A program made the translations under genes and the position numbers. A DNA stretch of 64,000 bases from Octopus sinensis (lineage: Eukaryota), in NCBI RefSeq assembly GCF_006345805.1, contig NC_043017.1, forward strand, positions 24,490,001 to 24,554,000, written 5' to 3'. The notes beneath the pieces were generated by a model. It worked only from the letters and a program-made list of their open reading frames with translations. It was not told the DNA's origin and made no database searches. This document shows positions 49,835 to 62,975 of the stretch, piece after piece. Numbering within the stretch: the stretch's first letter is position 1; the number at the start of each line of letters is the position of its first letter.

Positions 49835-50469
49835 ATAAACATATGTATATATATATGAGATGTGAATGTCTAGTGTAGATGCAGGTTGGATATGTGGTAA
49901 GAAGCTTGCTTCCCTACCACAGAGTTCTGGGTTCAGTCCTACTGCATGGCATATTGAGCAAGTGTCTTCTGCTATAACCTCAGGCTGACCAAAGCCTTGT
50001 ACATGAATTTGATAGACGGAAACTGAAGGAAGCCTGTCATATATGTGTGTGTGTGTGGGTGTGTATGTCTTTGCGTCTGTGTTTGTCCTCCACCACTGCT
50101 TGACAACTGGTGTTGGTGTGTTTACATCCCCATAACTTAACAGTTTGGCAAAAGACATAAGTACTGGGAGTGATTCAATCGGCTAAAAAAAATTCTTCAA
50201 AGTGGCCACAGTCTAATCACTGAAACAAGTAAAATATGAAAAATATATATATATATATATACTTCAGGTAAAATTGCATCTAAAGACATAATATATACAA
50301 TAACTGCTCAGGTTGACTTATCACCCAGAAATCTTACATGGGCTCAGATGAGTCATAGGAAACCCAATTGTGAACCACTTCTTCTAAACTGATACCAAGT
50401 GTTTTTCTTTCATTCTGTCTTTGTACTGTGTGTGTGTGCGTGTGTAATGGACTTCTTTTGGTTTCTGTC

Positions 50470-50676
50470 TACTAAGTCTGGCACCTGTGCGGGTGGCACG
50501 TAAAAAGCACCCACTACACTCACGGAGTGGTTGGCGTTAGGAAGGGCATCCAGCCGTAGAAACACTGCCAGATCAGACTGGGCCCGATGCAGCCTTCTGG
50601 CTTCACAGACCCCAGTTGAACCGTCCAACCCATGCTAGCATGGAAAGCGGACGTTAAATGATGATGATGATGATGA
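50470..50676 (+). mobile_element. (GAT)n-tail family 3' fragment
   Basis: GGCACGTAAAAAGCACCCACTACACTC ... CATGGAAAGCGGACGTTAAATGATGATG. Confidence 0.8.
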
Positions 50677-51241
50677 AGTCCATTCACAAAGTTTTGGTCA
50701 GCCTGCACCTATAGTAGAAGACATTTGCCCAAAGTGGCATGCTGTGGGACTGAACCCAGGACCATATGGTTGGAAAGCAGACTTCTTACCACATGACCAC
50801 AATATTTTTTTCCATATACCACACCATGTATTTGGAATTTTTTGTTCTTTTTTAATACTGTTCAGTATAAAATTGATATTTCACTCCAGTGTTTCCATTA
50901 TTTTCCACCTCAGGTTACTGAATAATTTGATTTTTATTTTTTATAATTTTTCAATGCTATGTGGCAGCTGTGATAACCTAGTTAGTTACAGACGAAGTAA
51001 AAATCAATCAGTACCTTGCATTGCTACTTTTGCGTGCGTGCATGCGTGTGTGTGTGTGTGTGTGCATTAAAAAAAATATATATTTATATGTATACATAAA
51101 AGTACATGTTGGATAATGTATCTCTAGATATACTATATCTGAAAACAGATAAAATGGAATGCTCCCACCTAGAATATCCCAGGGCAAAATAACAACAAAA
51201 GTGAGAAAGATTTAGTTAAAATAAGCATACATGCAAACACA

Positions 51242-51290
<49 letters not shown>

Positions 51291-51421
51291 ACTCTCCCTC
51301 CCTCCCTCCCTCTTTCACACATTAATTCACTCACGCACAGACAGGTGTCTATGTGTATACATATATATTAGTGTGTTTTTGTGTGTGTGTTAAACCATAC
51401 ATATATGTATACATACGTATA

Positions 51422-51454
<33 letters not shown>

Positions 51455-51760
51455 GTCTGTGTTTATCATTAGATGTGTGTGTGTTGATGTTTAGCTCTAG
51501 GTCATTCTATGTGTGGTTATACCATTTAGTTTTCTAAAGTTACATTCTCCAACATATCTCTGTTTGAAACAGGTAAGAGGTGAGGTTTCTTTTTTGAGTT
51601 TTTTTTTAAGGAAATTTGGTCTACTATTTCTAACAGGTTGAGCAAACCTCTAAAAATCCTCATGTACAACAGCGAGACATTTGCTTGAACACTACTATTC
51701 TTCCTCATATCTGGTTAGATGAAAAAACAGTAGGCCAAATGTAGACTTACCATGGCTGAA

Positions 51761-52098
51761 TATATTTGATTTATGACTAAATTGTTTTTGTTGTTGCTTC
51801 ACACCATGTCAGTCATTATCCATGGAATCGAACTCGGAATCTTGGGGTTAGTAGCCCACGCTCTTAACCACTACGCCATATGCCCACGGGCATATGGCGT
51901 AGTGATGAGGACAGATATCTGTCGAACAAGATGAGGACAAATATCCGTCGAATGTAAATAATGTAATTAATGTGCAGAATTCCTCATCTCTTAAAGAGTG
52001 CGGGCTGCTAACCCCAAGATTCCGAGTTCGATTCCATGGATAAGAACTGACATGGTGTGAAGCAACAGCAAAAACCATTTAGTCATAAATCAAATATA
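51761..52098. mobile_element. Head-to-head palindrome of two tRNA-like SINE heads with an ~86-bp insert in the right arm
   Basis: ~125-nt arms centred on CCATATGCCC-AC-GGGCATATGG; the left arm (minus) has A box TGGCGTAGTGG and B box GTTCGATTCC; insert at 51905-51990. Confidence 0.85.
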
Positions 52099-52206
52099 GT
52101 GTATTTCTATGGAAATATAGTAAAAAATGAGGTCAAATGTGGCCAAACTCAAATTTGTCTTTTATTCTTCCAGGCTTAATAAGATAAAGTACCAATACTA
52201 CTTGGT

Positions 52207-52844
52207 TTAACCCTTTAGTGTTTAAACCGGCCATATCCGGCTCAAATATTCTACATGTTTTACATTCCAACTGGCCATATCTAGCCTCTAACACCTAATC
52301 TACATTGACATTCTAAAAATAAACAATCACATCATTGAAACCCCAAAGCTATCAGATAATGCAAGATTAATTAAAAACAATTTGAGTAAAAAAATATTAC
52401 ATTTAACAGAGTAATCTGAACACTAAAGGGTTCACTGTTAGCATTCAGATTATTAAATGATGTTGATGATGATGTTGATTCATTTTGAATTAATCATGCA
52501 TTGTCTTATAGCTTTAAGATTTCAATGATGTGATTGCTTATTTGTGAGAGGCCAAATCTGGATGACTTGAATCCAGATATGGCCAGTTTAAATGCTAAAG
52601 GATTAATAATCCCTTTAACCCTTTAGCATTTAAACCGGCCATATCCGGCCAAAAATATTCTACTTGTTTTATGTTCAAACTAGCCATATCTGGTCTCTCA
52701 CACCAACCCTACAATATTGTTTAAAAAATTAACAGCTACCTCATCAAAATCTCATAGCTACAAGATTAATGAATGATTAGTTCAAAACAATGTAGATGAA
52801 GAAGCATTAATTTTGGCAGAATAATGTGAACACTAAAGGGTTAA
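52207..52844. mobile_element. Three adjacent piggyBac-type MITEs
   Basis: TTAACCCTTTAG at 52207 and 52615; CTAAAGGGTT(AA) ends at 52432 and 52844; a partial copy lies between in opposite orientation. Confidence 0.8.
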
Positions 52845-52982
52845 GACAACTTGGTACCTGCTAGTCTTCTAATATAATTCTAACAGAAGACTAGAGGATT
52901 GTTATAAAAAACTAACCACAACATGTTTCTATAAAATTTGTAGAGTGTTTGGTAGATAAAGATAATTGTGTTTAGCTATTTA

Positions 52983-53029
<47 letters not shown>

Positions 53030-54443
53030 CAATGAATAAAAGGATATTCTTTTAAGAGTAAAAAGGAAATTTTATTTTTTTTATTTTTTTTCATTTTATT
53101 TACTTCTTATAGATAAGGTAAATATCGTTTACCATTAATTAATTTCCAACGTGAGAAAGTCTGAGCTGAGGAATTAATTAGCAAGTGTTATCAGTTACCA
53201 GAATACACTCTTCTAGACTCTCCAGAAGAGATAAATAGTTTATAGATAAGGCAAAATGTCTCTGGCTCTCCTATCTCTGATTCTCAGGGGGAGAGAGAGA
53301 GAGAGAGAGAGAATTATTTTTTTGTCTTTTGTAAATTATACTAATATGTAGTAATAGGTATATTTAAAATGTTTGGTTGTACTAGGTGTATGTCTTTTAA
53401 ATTTATAGCCATATTAAGCATATGTGTGTAGTATTTCACTTGTAAATGTTCATTTAGTGTGCGTGTGTATATGTGTATATATATATGTGCATATATATGT
53501 GTATATATGTGCATATGTATATGTATGTGTATATATATATGTGTATGTATGTTTGTGTATATGGACACATGTATGTATATTTATATGTATGCATGTGTGT
53601 GTGTGTGTGTGTGTTTGTACAAGATTTTAAATTACTAATGGTACATCTGTATATGTGTGTGTGTGTTAATTAACTAATTGGAAGGTAATTGGAAATAATA
53701 TGAGACTTTTATTTAAACTATTGTTCTGATTTGTGTTATTGTCTGTACCACTTTCCTCTCCAGCTGCCCTTGTATATTAAATGACAATTTCACTAATTAG
53801 GTCCTCGATTGTCCTTGAGTCTCCTATTTGACTTAGCTGCTTAAACATCTAAAATGTTGTAGTGTGTGCTGGAATTAAGCCAGCCACTTAATTACATTGA
53901 GGATAAGCATTAATACAAGAGAACACAAACAGCCTAGTTGGTAAGGTACAGGGCAGCCAGCTGAGAGGTCAGTGGTTCATATCCTGTCACTGGCACTCTC
54001 TTGAGTCAATGGCCAGGAAACTAATTCTCGAGTGACCCAGTTAGACTTAGCTATAATTAGGTTTTTTTTCAGTGGGCCAATCATGCACTGATTTACTGCA
54101 ATTCTAGCAATAAGTGCAACAAGGAAGTATCTGAAACTTGAAACAGAGCAAATATATCGAAAGGCTTTGTTCAAAGAACACCAGGTTGTTTTGTTTTAAA
54201 GCCTGTTTTGATTTGTCTATTTGTTGAAAGACATATAGAAACACAGACACAGACACACACAAACGACTCCTCCCCTCCCCCAAAAAATAACTGCATGTAT
54301 TATATATATACATATAGTCCTTTTTGAAGTTTGCGTTGCATTGTGTTGACAGACTTGCACTTAAAATTCCTGTGTTTTTAATCAAAACTTGTTAGTTACT
54401 AAGGTGACAACACTACCTATTTATCTATCTTTCGCTTTCACTT

Positions 54444-54493
<50 letters not shown>

Positions 54494-54892
54494 AATAACT
54501 TTTTCTCTTCCCCTTCTTCCCTCTATGCAGATGTTGTTACAGACAGACAGACTGAGATCAGCTTCTCTTTTATAATGTAAGATTTATTCACATTGCTTTG
54601 AATTAATCATGCATTGTGTTGTAGCTTCAATATTTCGATGATGTGATTGTTTATTTTTAGAGTGACACTCAGGGCTAAGTGTAAGAGGCCTTATCTAATC
54701 TGTTTGAACATAAAACAGATAGAATATTTTATCCAAATATGGCCAGTTCATATGCTAAAAGGTTAACCCTTTTGATGCCAACCTGCCAGAGACTGCCTTT
54801 GGTTCTATGATACAAACTTGTTTTAAAATTATCTAAATAACAACCATCCATCAAAATTTCATGATGATTTGTTTCAAAAACCAGGTGTATAT

Positions 54893-55440
54893 CATCATCA
54901 TCATCATTTAACGTCTGCTTTCCATGCTGGGATGGGTTGGACGGTTTGACTGAGGACTGGCAAGCCAGGAGGCTGCACCAGGCTCCAATCTGATCTGGTG
55001 AGGTTTCTACAGCTGGATGCCCTTCCTAACACCAACCACTCCAGGAGTGTAGTGGGTGCTTTTTACGTGCCCCCAGCACAGGGGCCAGTCAGGCAATACT
55101 GACAACGACCACATTCGAGTGGTGCTTCTTACATGTCACTGGCACAGGAGCCAGTCAGGTGACACTTGCAATGACCATGCTTGCATGGTGCTTTTTACAT
55201 ACCACTGGCATGGGTCTAGTCAGGCGGCACTGGCATCGACCACACTCGAATGGTGCTTTTTACGTGCCACCAGCACGGGTACCAGTCAGACGGTACTGGC
55301 GTCGACCACAACAATGATTTCACTTAACTCAACAGGTCTTCTCAAGCACAGCATATTGTCCAATGATTGAAGGGTACTCTTAAATAGGCCAGTTATGCAA
55401 CACTGGCATAGGTCATGGCTACAGACTCACTTGGCTTGCT
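54893..55440 (-). mobile_element. (GAT)n-tail family element with four ~66-bp internal repeats
   Basis: CATCATCATTTAACGTCTGCTTTCCATGC start; GGTGCTT(T/C)TTAC(G/A)T units at 55055, 55121, 55187 and 55252. Confidence 0.82.
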
Positions 55441-55473
55441 GGGTCTTGTCAAGCACAATATACTTATTTTATG

Positions 55474-55617
55474 AAGGTGGCAAGCTAGCAGAAATGTTAG
55501 CATGCCAGGCGAAATGCTTAGCGGTATTTCGTCTGCCATTATGTTCTGAGTTCAAATTCCGCCGAGGTCGACTTTGCTTTTCATCCTTTCGGGGTCGATA
55601 AATTAAGTACCAGTTAC
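55474..55617 (+). mobile_element. SINE family C head
   Basis: GGTGGCAAGCTAGCAGAAATGTTAGC ... GAGTTCAAATTCC (B box) ... GTCGATAAATTAAGTACCAG. Confidence 0.75.
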
Positions 55618-56339
55618 TTAATTTATAATAAAATCACAATTAACTGATCTCCTGTATTTTTTTCCAAGTCCGTTTACGGGGCTTAGAAAAACTGAAGGAC
55701 CATTACAGTAAGTGTGTGAATCTAAGAGGGGAATATGTAGAATAAAATCATGATTAACAGATCTTCCTGTATTTTCTTTAACCCAAAGCCAGGAACTTTT
55801 CAGCATCCCCTTATATATATTTTGACTGCTTTGTTTCTCTAATCCCTGTCAGAACAGGGCACAAATGGCTCAAGGACCCCATCACAGGTTCAAATAGTGC
55901 CAAGGTTGGTCAGGGCCCAAAGGGTTAAATCAGAAATATGATGGATGAATATTTATTTCACCTTGACAACACATGGTGAGGTGAGGGTGGTGGCAATATG
56001 AAACATTTGCCTTGTGGATATTTGGTGTGAAGTGAATGAAAACACCCTGCCAAGCAGCATGTTTGAAATATCTAATCAACATGTTCTGGCTAATATTTTC
56101 ATGACCCAACTGTACGAATTCATTTATCCTGTGCTTACATCTTGTGTTCAGCTTTATGTTAAACAGATAACAGATGGTAGGTGAGGCTCATTCTGGATAG
56201 AAGCCAGTCTATCTCCATAGGAGCAACATTCCCAGGAGACTTAATGTATGAGCTGGCAGTCCAAATTATGTTCTTGCTTCTTTTTCACCTCTTCCTGATA
56301 CTCTCATAAATCCAGGAATTATTATAAGATATTATACAT

Positions 56340-56935
56340 TTAACCCTTTAACCTGAATATATGACACCTGGCCATATCTGACCCAAATACTCTCCCTGTT
56401 TTATGTTCAGACTGGCCAGATCCGGCCTCTCATACATAACCTGTATTGTCATTCTAAAAGTAAACAATCATATCATTGAAATCTTGGAGCAATAAGAACA
56501 TTTAGGATTAATTCAAAATTAAATTTGACTGAGTAATCCGAATGCTAAAGAGTTAAGTAATTTTGTACTTTTAAAAACAAAAAAGAAGACAAATTGGCTA
56601 ATTTAGTCCTAAATATATATTAAGATGCATTGGTTATTACTTAGAAGAATGAGTTAGCTTCTATGTGCTCCCTAGACTTGTGAGATATACCGTCCTTATT
56701 CACGTAAACCTTTAGCATTTGAACCAGTTGTATCCACTCCAAATATTCTGTTTTATGTTCAAAGCAGTTGGATCCAGCTTCTCACCCCTACCCTACCATG
56801 TCACTCTACAAATAAATGATCACGTCATCAAAATCTTAAAACTACGAGATGATGCAGAATTAATTAATTTCAAAACAATGTCAATGAATAAGCATTATAT
56901 TTGGCTGAGTTTTCTGAAAGCTGAAGTGTTAAGGC
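56340..56935. mobile_element. Two decayed piggyBac-type MITEs
   Basis: TTAACCCTTTAA.. to CTAAAGAGTTAA (~56555), and AAACCTTTAGCATTTG (~56706) with the same interior. Confidence 0.6.
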
Positions 56936-57495
56936 TTTTAGGCTTTTTTATTATGGCCTAGTATTAGATTTATTTCTTCCCATCCAACATATCCAACCAC
57001 CAAAATCCTAGGTGCCACTGTTCTATCCGTGTTTATTTTTTTGTTTGCTTGATTGATTGATTGCTTTAAAGTAAACACTGGTATTTCAGTCCAGGTTTTA
57101 TTTTCTCTCAGCAATTACTAAGCAAAATGAGAGCAGAAAGTTTACCTGAGCATGTGTGTGGGTGTTTCTAATTTTCTTTAGGTGCGCAACCCAGTTGTTT
57201 ACAATATGTCATATAGTAGGTAAGATACTGGTTATTTGTGAGATGGAATTAGTTATGTGTGTATGTGTGTGTGCGTCTGTGTTTGTCTCCCCACAATTGC
57301 TTGACGACTGATGTTGGTGTGTTTACGTCCCCCGTAACCTAGCGGTTTGGCAAAAGAGATCAATAGACTAAGTAATAGGCTTACAAAGAATAAGCCCTGG
57401 GGATCGATTTGCTCGACTAAAGGCGGTGCTCCAGCATGGCCAGAGTCAAATGAGTGAAACATAAAAGAATTAAAGAATATATGATGATGATATTC

Positions 57496-57620
<125 letters not shown>

Positions 57621-58092
57621 ATATATATACGCATACATACATATATAAAACCATGCAAACACATATATACATAGAGATGTTCTACATACATATTTATCTC
57701 TCTAGATAGAGTACATTTTTTTTGTTGATCCTACCTATAACAGAACAGTAAACTATATGCAAGTGTGTGTGTGTGTATATATATATACAAGCATGCACAC
57801 ATGTATACATGCGTATGTGTGTGTGTATGTATGTGTATATAGCTCGCATTTTTTTTCTGTTCTCATACATTTCATTTCCAACTCCAACCTCCCACCGTCC
57901 CTCCCATCCCTCACTCCTACTCCATTGAAACTGGTGCTGAAGTGTGGGGGGGGGCAGAGCTGGGGATGATGGAATGGGGATCAGTTTAGTAACATTCCAT
58001 TAAGCCATTCATAAACTGGAAGCTTCTGTTAGATTTTTCTTTCCTCCATGGAGAACAGGAAGAACAAATCACCACCATCCTACACCCACACA

Positions 58093-58144
<52 letters not shown>

Positions 58145-58339
58145 AACACAAACACATGTGCACATTCACACACACCTACACATGCATATACATACCTACA
58201 CTTTTCTGACAAAGAAGTAGGTTGGTTTATAAATGGCCCAATAATGGCATGTATTAAGTATTATTTGCCAGTTATTTAATTAATATGTATGTGTGCAAGT
58301 GTCTGTCTGTCTGTCTGGTGGTGATGATGGCAGTGGTAG

Positions 58340-58370
<31 letters not shown>

Positions 58371-58589
58371 GATGGTAATAAGAGAGTTACCCCATCCCCA
58401 CCACCACTGCTACTATTAGCCCTAATGTTGCTACTGTTATTTAAAGTAATGAAAAAGTAACAAAGATCAAAACCTTGCTATTTATAATAGGAATAATAAT
58501 AATAATAATAATTATGATGATGATGATAATATCAATAATGATGATGATAATAAAAATGATAATAATAATAATAATAATTATGATGATGA

Positions 58590-59160
58590 TAATAATAATC
58601 CTTTCTACTATAGGCACAAGGCCTGAAATTTTGTAGGAGGGGGTTAAGTTGATTACATCGACTCCAGTACTCAACTTGTACTTACTTTATCAACCCTGAA
58701 AGGATGAAAGGCTAAGTCAACCTCGGCAGCGTTTAAAATCGGAGCATAATAACGGGTGCTAAGCATTTTGTATTTCACCTGGCGTGCTAATGACTTTGCC
58801 AGCTCATCACCTTAATAATAATAATAATAGTTTCAAATTTAGGCACAACTGATGCTTATTTCATCTCGGTAGGACGAAAGGCTAAGTCAACCTCGGTAGC
58901 ATTTAAAATCAGAACATAACAAGGGGTGCTAAGCATTTTGCATTTCACCTGGCGTGCTAACGACTTTGCCAGCTCATCACCTTAATAATAATAATAGTTT
59001 CAAATTTAGGCACAACTGCTGCTTATTTCATCTCGGCAGGACGAAAGGCTAAGTCAACCTCGGTGGCGTTTGATCTCCAAGCATAATGATGGATGAAATA
59101 CTGCTAAGCATTTTGCCCGGTGAGCTAACCATTCTGCCAGCTCTCTGCCTTATTAATAGT
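58590..59160 (-). mobile_element. Tandem array of truncated SINE C units (~170 bp x ~2.6)
   Basis: AAAGGCTAAGTCAACCTCGG at ~58707, ~58877 and ~59045 with shared TTCAAATTTAGGCACAACTG junction sequence. Confidence 0.8.
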
Positions 59161-59546
59161 AATAATAATAATCCTTTCTACTATTGGCACAAGGCCTGAA
59201 ATTTTGAAGGAGGGGACTAGTGGATTACATCGACCCCTGCTGTGTGAAACTGGTGCTTATTTTATCAATCCAGAAAGGATGAGTCAACCTCGGCGGAAAT
59301 TAACCCCTTTACAGGGGTTAATAAATTAAGTACCAGTGAAACATTGGGGTCAATGTAATCAACTAATCACCCTGCAAAAAAAAATTTCAGACTGTGTGCT
59401 TTTAGTAGAAAAGATTATTATTGTTGCTGCCGTTGCTGCTGCTGCTGCTGTTGTTGTTGTTGTTTTTGTTGTTGTTGTTGTTGTTGTTAATATTAAGGTA
59501 GCATTCCACCATGGTCAACTTTGCCTTTTCAGGGTCGATAAATTGT

Positions 59547-59774
59547 TAATATATACCTATTTCTTTATTACCCACAAGGGGCTAAACACAGAGGAGACAA
59601 ACAAGGACAGACATAGGTATTAAGTCGATTACATCGACCCCAGTGCGTAACTGGTACTTAATTTATCGACCCCGAAAGGATGAAAGGCAAAGTCGACCTC
59701 GGCGGAATTCGAACTCACAACGTAACGCAGACGAAATACCGCTAAACATTTCGCCTGGCGTGCTAATATATACC
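59547..59774 (-). mobile_element. Young SINE C-type insertion with an 11-bp target-site duplication
   Basis: TAATATATACC at 59547-59557 and 59764-59774 flanks a CpG-rich copy that splits an older copy. Confidence 0.85.
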
Positions 59775-60117
59775 AGTTATGCACTGGGGTCAATGTAATC
59801 GACTAGACCCCCTCCCTACAAATTTCAGGCCTTGTACCTTAGAGGAGAAAAGATTATTAAAGTGGTGAGCTTCAGAATTGTTAGCATGCCGGACAAAATG
59901 CCTAGCAGTATTTCATCTACCTTTATGTTCTGAATTCAGATGACGCCAAGGTTGGCTTTGCCTTCCATTTTTTTTCAAGGGGTCAATAATTCAATTACCA
60001 GTTGAAAACCCTGAAGTTGATGTAATCAACTCTCCTGTCTCTCCCACCACCACCCAGTTTCAAGCCTCATCCCTATAATAAAAAGGATTATTATTATTAT
60101 TATCATTATTATTATTA

Positions 60118-60154
<37 letters not shown>

Positions 60155-60180
60155 ATCATTATTATTATTATTATTATTAT

Positions 60181-60732
60181 TGAGTGAGAGAGCAGTTCAT
60201 GCCATCAAAGTGACACTGGGGTAAAATATACGAAGCCCAATATACCCATCATGACTACCCGTCTGATAAAGGTACACCAGGCACATGCATCACAACCATA
60301 TGTGCGCGACATGGTGATCTCATATCAAGATGAACAACACATGACCTTGCAGGTGGGGCCCAGTTAGAATTTTCTTCAGGTTGAGTAGCCCATCCTGCTC
60401 AAACGGTCCCTGAATAAGGGTTGCTTTAGGATGTTGAACGAAACACCTATGTTTCCAGAGGTGAACCATTCAAACTCCAAAGAATCCCTCTCAACACATG
60501 GCCATGATGCTCCCCCACTACTTCTGCTCGTGATCAGAGATGCACATATCGTCAGCCACTAAGGGACATGCTCAACTGGTTAAGGTCAAACAACTGACAA
60601 GCAAACCTGTGGTATTGAGCAATATTGCTGTAGCCCATCTTTTATACCAAGACAAAACAATGTACATGATAACACTTCCAGTCAGTTAAGATCAGAAGCC
60701 ATGAGAGCCACTGCCTGGTATTGCATCAGGGC

Positions 60733-60735
<3 letters not shown>
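60181..60735. mobile_element. Unclassified ~550-bp dispersed repeat embedded in (ATT)n
   Basis: Higher-complexity block flanked on both sides by long (ATT)n tracts; no ORF; family identity not established. Confidence 0.45.
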
Positions 60736-60787
<52 letters not shown>

Positions 60788-61235
60788 TTTAGTATTATTA
60801 TTATTATTATTTTTCTTCTTATTATTATTATTTTTATTATTATCATCATTATTATTATTTTTAGTATTATGGTGGTGACAACAGCAGCTGGTGTTGTGGA
60901 AAGAGGGAGAGAGAGAGAGAAGAGAGGGTTTGCATGGTGAGGAAACAGTAATAGAATATTGACCCTCTGCTAATTATTGAGTGCTTGTTAGTGAGAGTGT
61001 TTCAGGAAGAGGCAAATGGCTGTAATTATCTTCAAAATAAGTTGATATTTTTTTTTATCCTTTCCTATTTTCATTACACTTTCTGCAGGTTGATATTTCT
61101 GCCAAGTCAACAATCTGCTGTTTATTAGAGCATAATTGCTTGGTGACATTTTTTTATACCTCCACCACCTCACCCCTTTTTTCTTTTTTTTTTTTTATCT
61201 CATTGGATTGAGACTATCTTGGCTTTCATCCTTTC

Positions 61236-61540
61236 GTGGAGGCACATGGCCTAGTGGTTAGAGCAGTGGACTCGTGGTCGAGGGATCGCGGGTTTGAATC
61301 TCAGACCGGGCAATGTTTGTGTTTATGAGCGAAACACTTGAGCTCCACGCGGCTCCGGCAGAAGGTAATGGCGAACTTCTGCTGACTCTTTCGTCACAAC
61401 TTTCTCTCACAATTTCCTCCTGCATCTTGCAGCTCACCTGCGACGGACCAGCGTCCCGTCCAGGTGGGGAACCTATATGCCAAGGAAACCGGGAAACCGG
61501 CACTTATGAGCCAGGTATGGCTTGAGAAGGAACAAACAAA
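61236..61540 (+). mobile_element. tRNA-derived SINE family D
   Basis: A box TGGCCTAGTGG, B-box-like GGTTTGAATCT, 3' segment CCTGCGACGGACCAGCGTCCCGTCCAGG reminiscent of V-SINE-type tails, ACAA end. Confidence 0.7.
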
Positions 61541-61659
61541 AACTTTCATTCTTTCAGGGTTGATAAAATAAGTACCTGTTGAACACTTTTGACTTTCCCC
61601 CCTTCACAAACTTGCTGGCTTTGTGCTAAAATTTGAAACCATTATTATTGTTATTATTA

Positions 61660-61890
61660 TTGAAGGCAGTGAGCTGGAAGAATCATTAGCACGCTGGACG
61701 AAATGCTTAGCAGTATTTCGCCCATTGCTACGTTCTAAGTTCAAATTCCACTGAGGTCAACTTTGCCTTTCATCCTTTCGAGGTCAATAAATTAAATGCC
61801 AGTTGCTTACTGGGGTCGATCTTATCAACTGAGCCCCCTCCTCCAAAATTTCAGGCCTTGTGCCTATAATAGAAAGGATTATTATAATTA
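61660..61890 (+). mobile_element. SINE family C, full length
   Basis: GGCAGTGAGCTGG head to AGAAAGGATTATTAT tail. Confidence 0.8.
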
Positions 61891-62644
61891 TTAGGGTAGC
61901 AAGCTAGCAGAATCACTAGCATGCTGGTAAAACGCTTAGTGGCATTTTGTCCAAATTTTCTTCCTTTTCTCGCCGAGTGTTTTCCATACACCTAGGGCAG
62001 AGAAACTCATTGTATGCATTCCCAGATTACAAACGCAAATTCACAGGTTTAATATGTATTTAAAAAATAAATAAATAAATTCATGAATGGTTGTTGTTTT
62101 CACAGCGATAATGCTCTTCTCAGTATTATTATTATTATTGTTATTATTATTATCCCTTGAGCATTCAGATTTCTCTTATTAATGTAACGCAAAAGATAAA
62201 GTAAAGACTCCCTTCATTCATGAATGACCATGGGATTGCACCTAGAAAGTTCTCTTCTGAGGCGTAAGTCTGGGCAAGGTTGTTTATGAAAGAGCAGCAA
62301 TCGCCCATGGATACCAGCCTCACCTCTCCATGCCACCAGTGTTATCCAAGAGAAAGGCTGATACAGCGTGGCACCAATGACGTCACAACTCATTTCTACA
62401 GCTGAGTGAACTGGAGCAATGTGAAATAAAGTGTCTTGCTCAAGAACACTGTTCATATTGATTTGAATTAGTCACCTTGTAGCTTTGAGCTTTCAATGAA
62501 GTGATTGTATATTTTCAGAATAATATTGTAGAGTAAGTGTGAGAGGCTGGATCTGGCCAGTTTGAAAATAAAGCAGCTAGATTATTTTAACCAGGTATGG
62601 CAGGTTTAGCCCTTCAGCATTCATGTTATCTATCAAATGTTGCT

Positions 62645-62975
62645 GAGACCCCCTTCAGTCATGACTGACCGTGGGATCACCTAGAAAGTTACCCTCCTAG
62701 GGCAAGTCCGGGTAAGGTTGTTTATGGAAGACCAGCAGTCGCCCTTGCATACCGGCCTCCCCTCTTAACGCCACCAGTATTATCCAAGGGAAAGGCAACA
62801 GCCGATACAGCTTGGCACCTATGATATCGCAACTCATTTCTACAGCTGAGTGAACTGGAGCAACGTGAAATAAAGTGTCTTGCTCAAGAACACAACACGT
62901 AGCCCGGTCCAGGATTCTAACTCACAACCTCACAATTGTAAGCTCGATGCTCTAACCACTGAGCCATGCACCTTC
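62645..62975 (-). mobile_element. SINE family B, near full length (a truncated copy lies at 62210-62450)
   Basis: Reverse complement of 8644-8975 including the head CTCTAACCACTGAGCCATGC. Confidence 0.85.

Noticed and set aside
51501-51715. Good splice sites (CAG|gtaaga at 51573; ctaacag at 51636)
   Set aside because: The sequence resembles a decayed repeat also seen near 24590, and the frames are incompatible with the phase-1 intron except for a 33-nt piece of no recognisable content.
51824-51890. tRNA gene
   Set aside because: It has A/B boxes and an ACT anticodon-like loop but no proper acceptor stem or terminator; treated as a SINE head. The same applies to 8644 and 61236.
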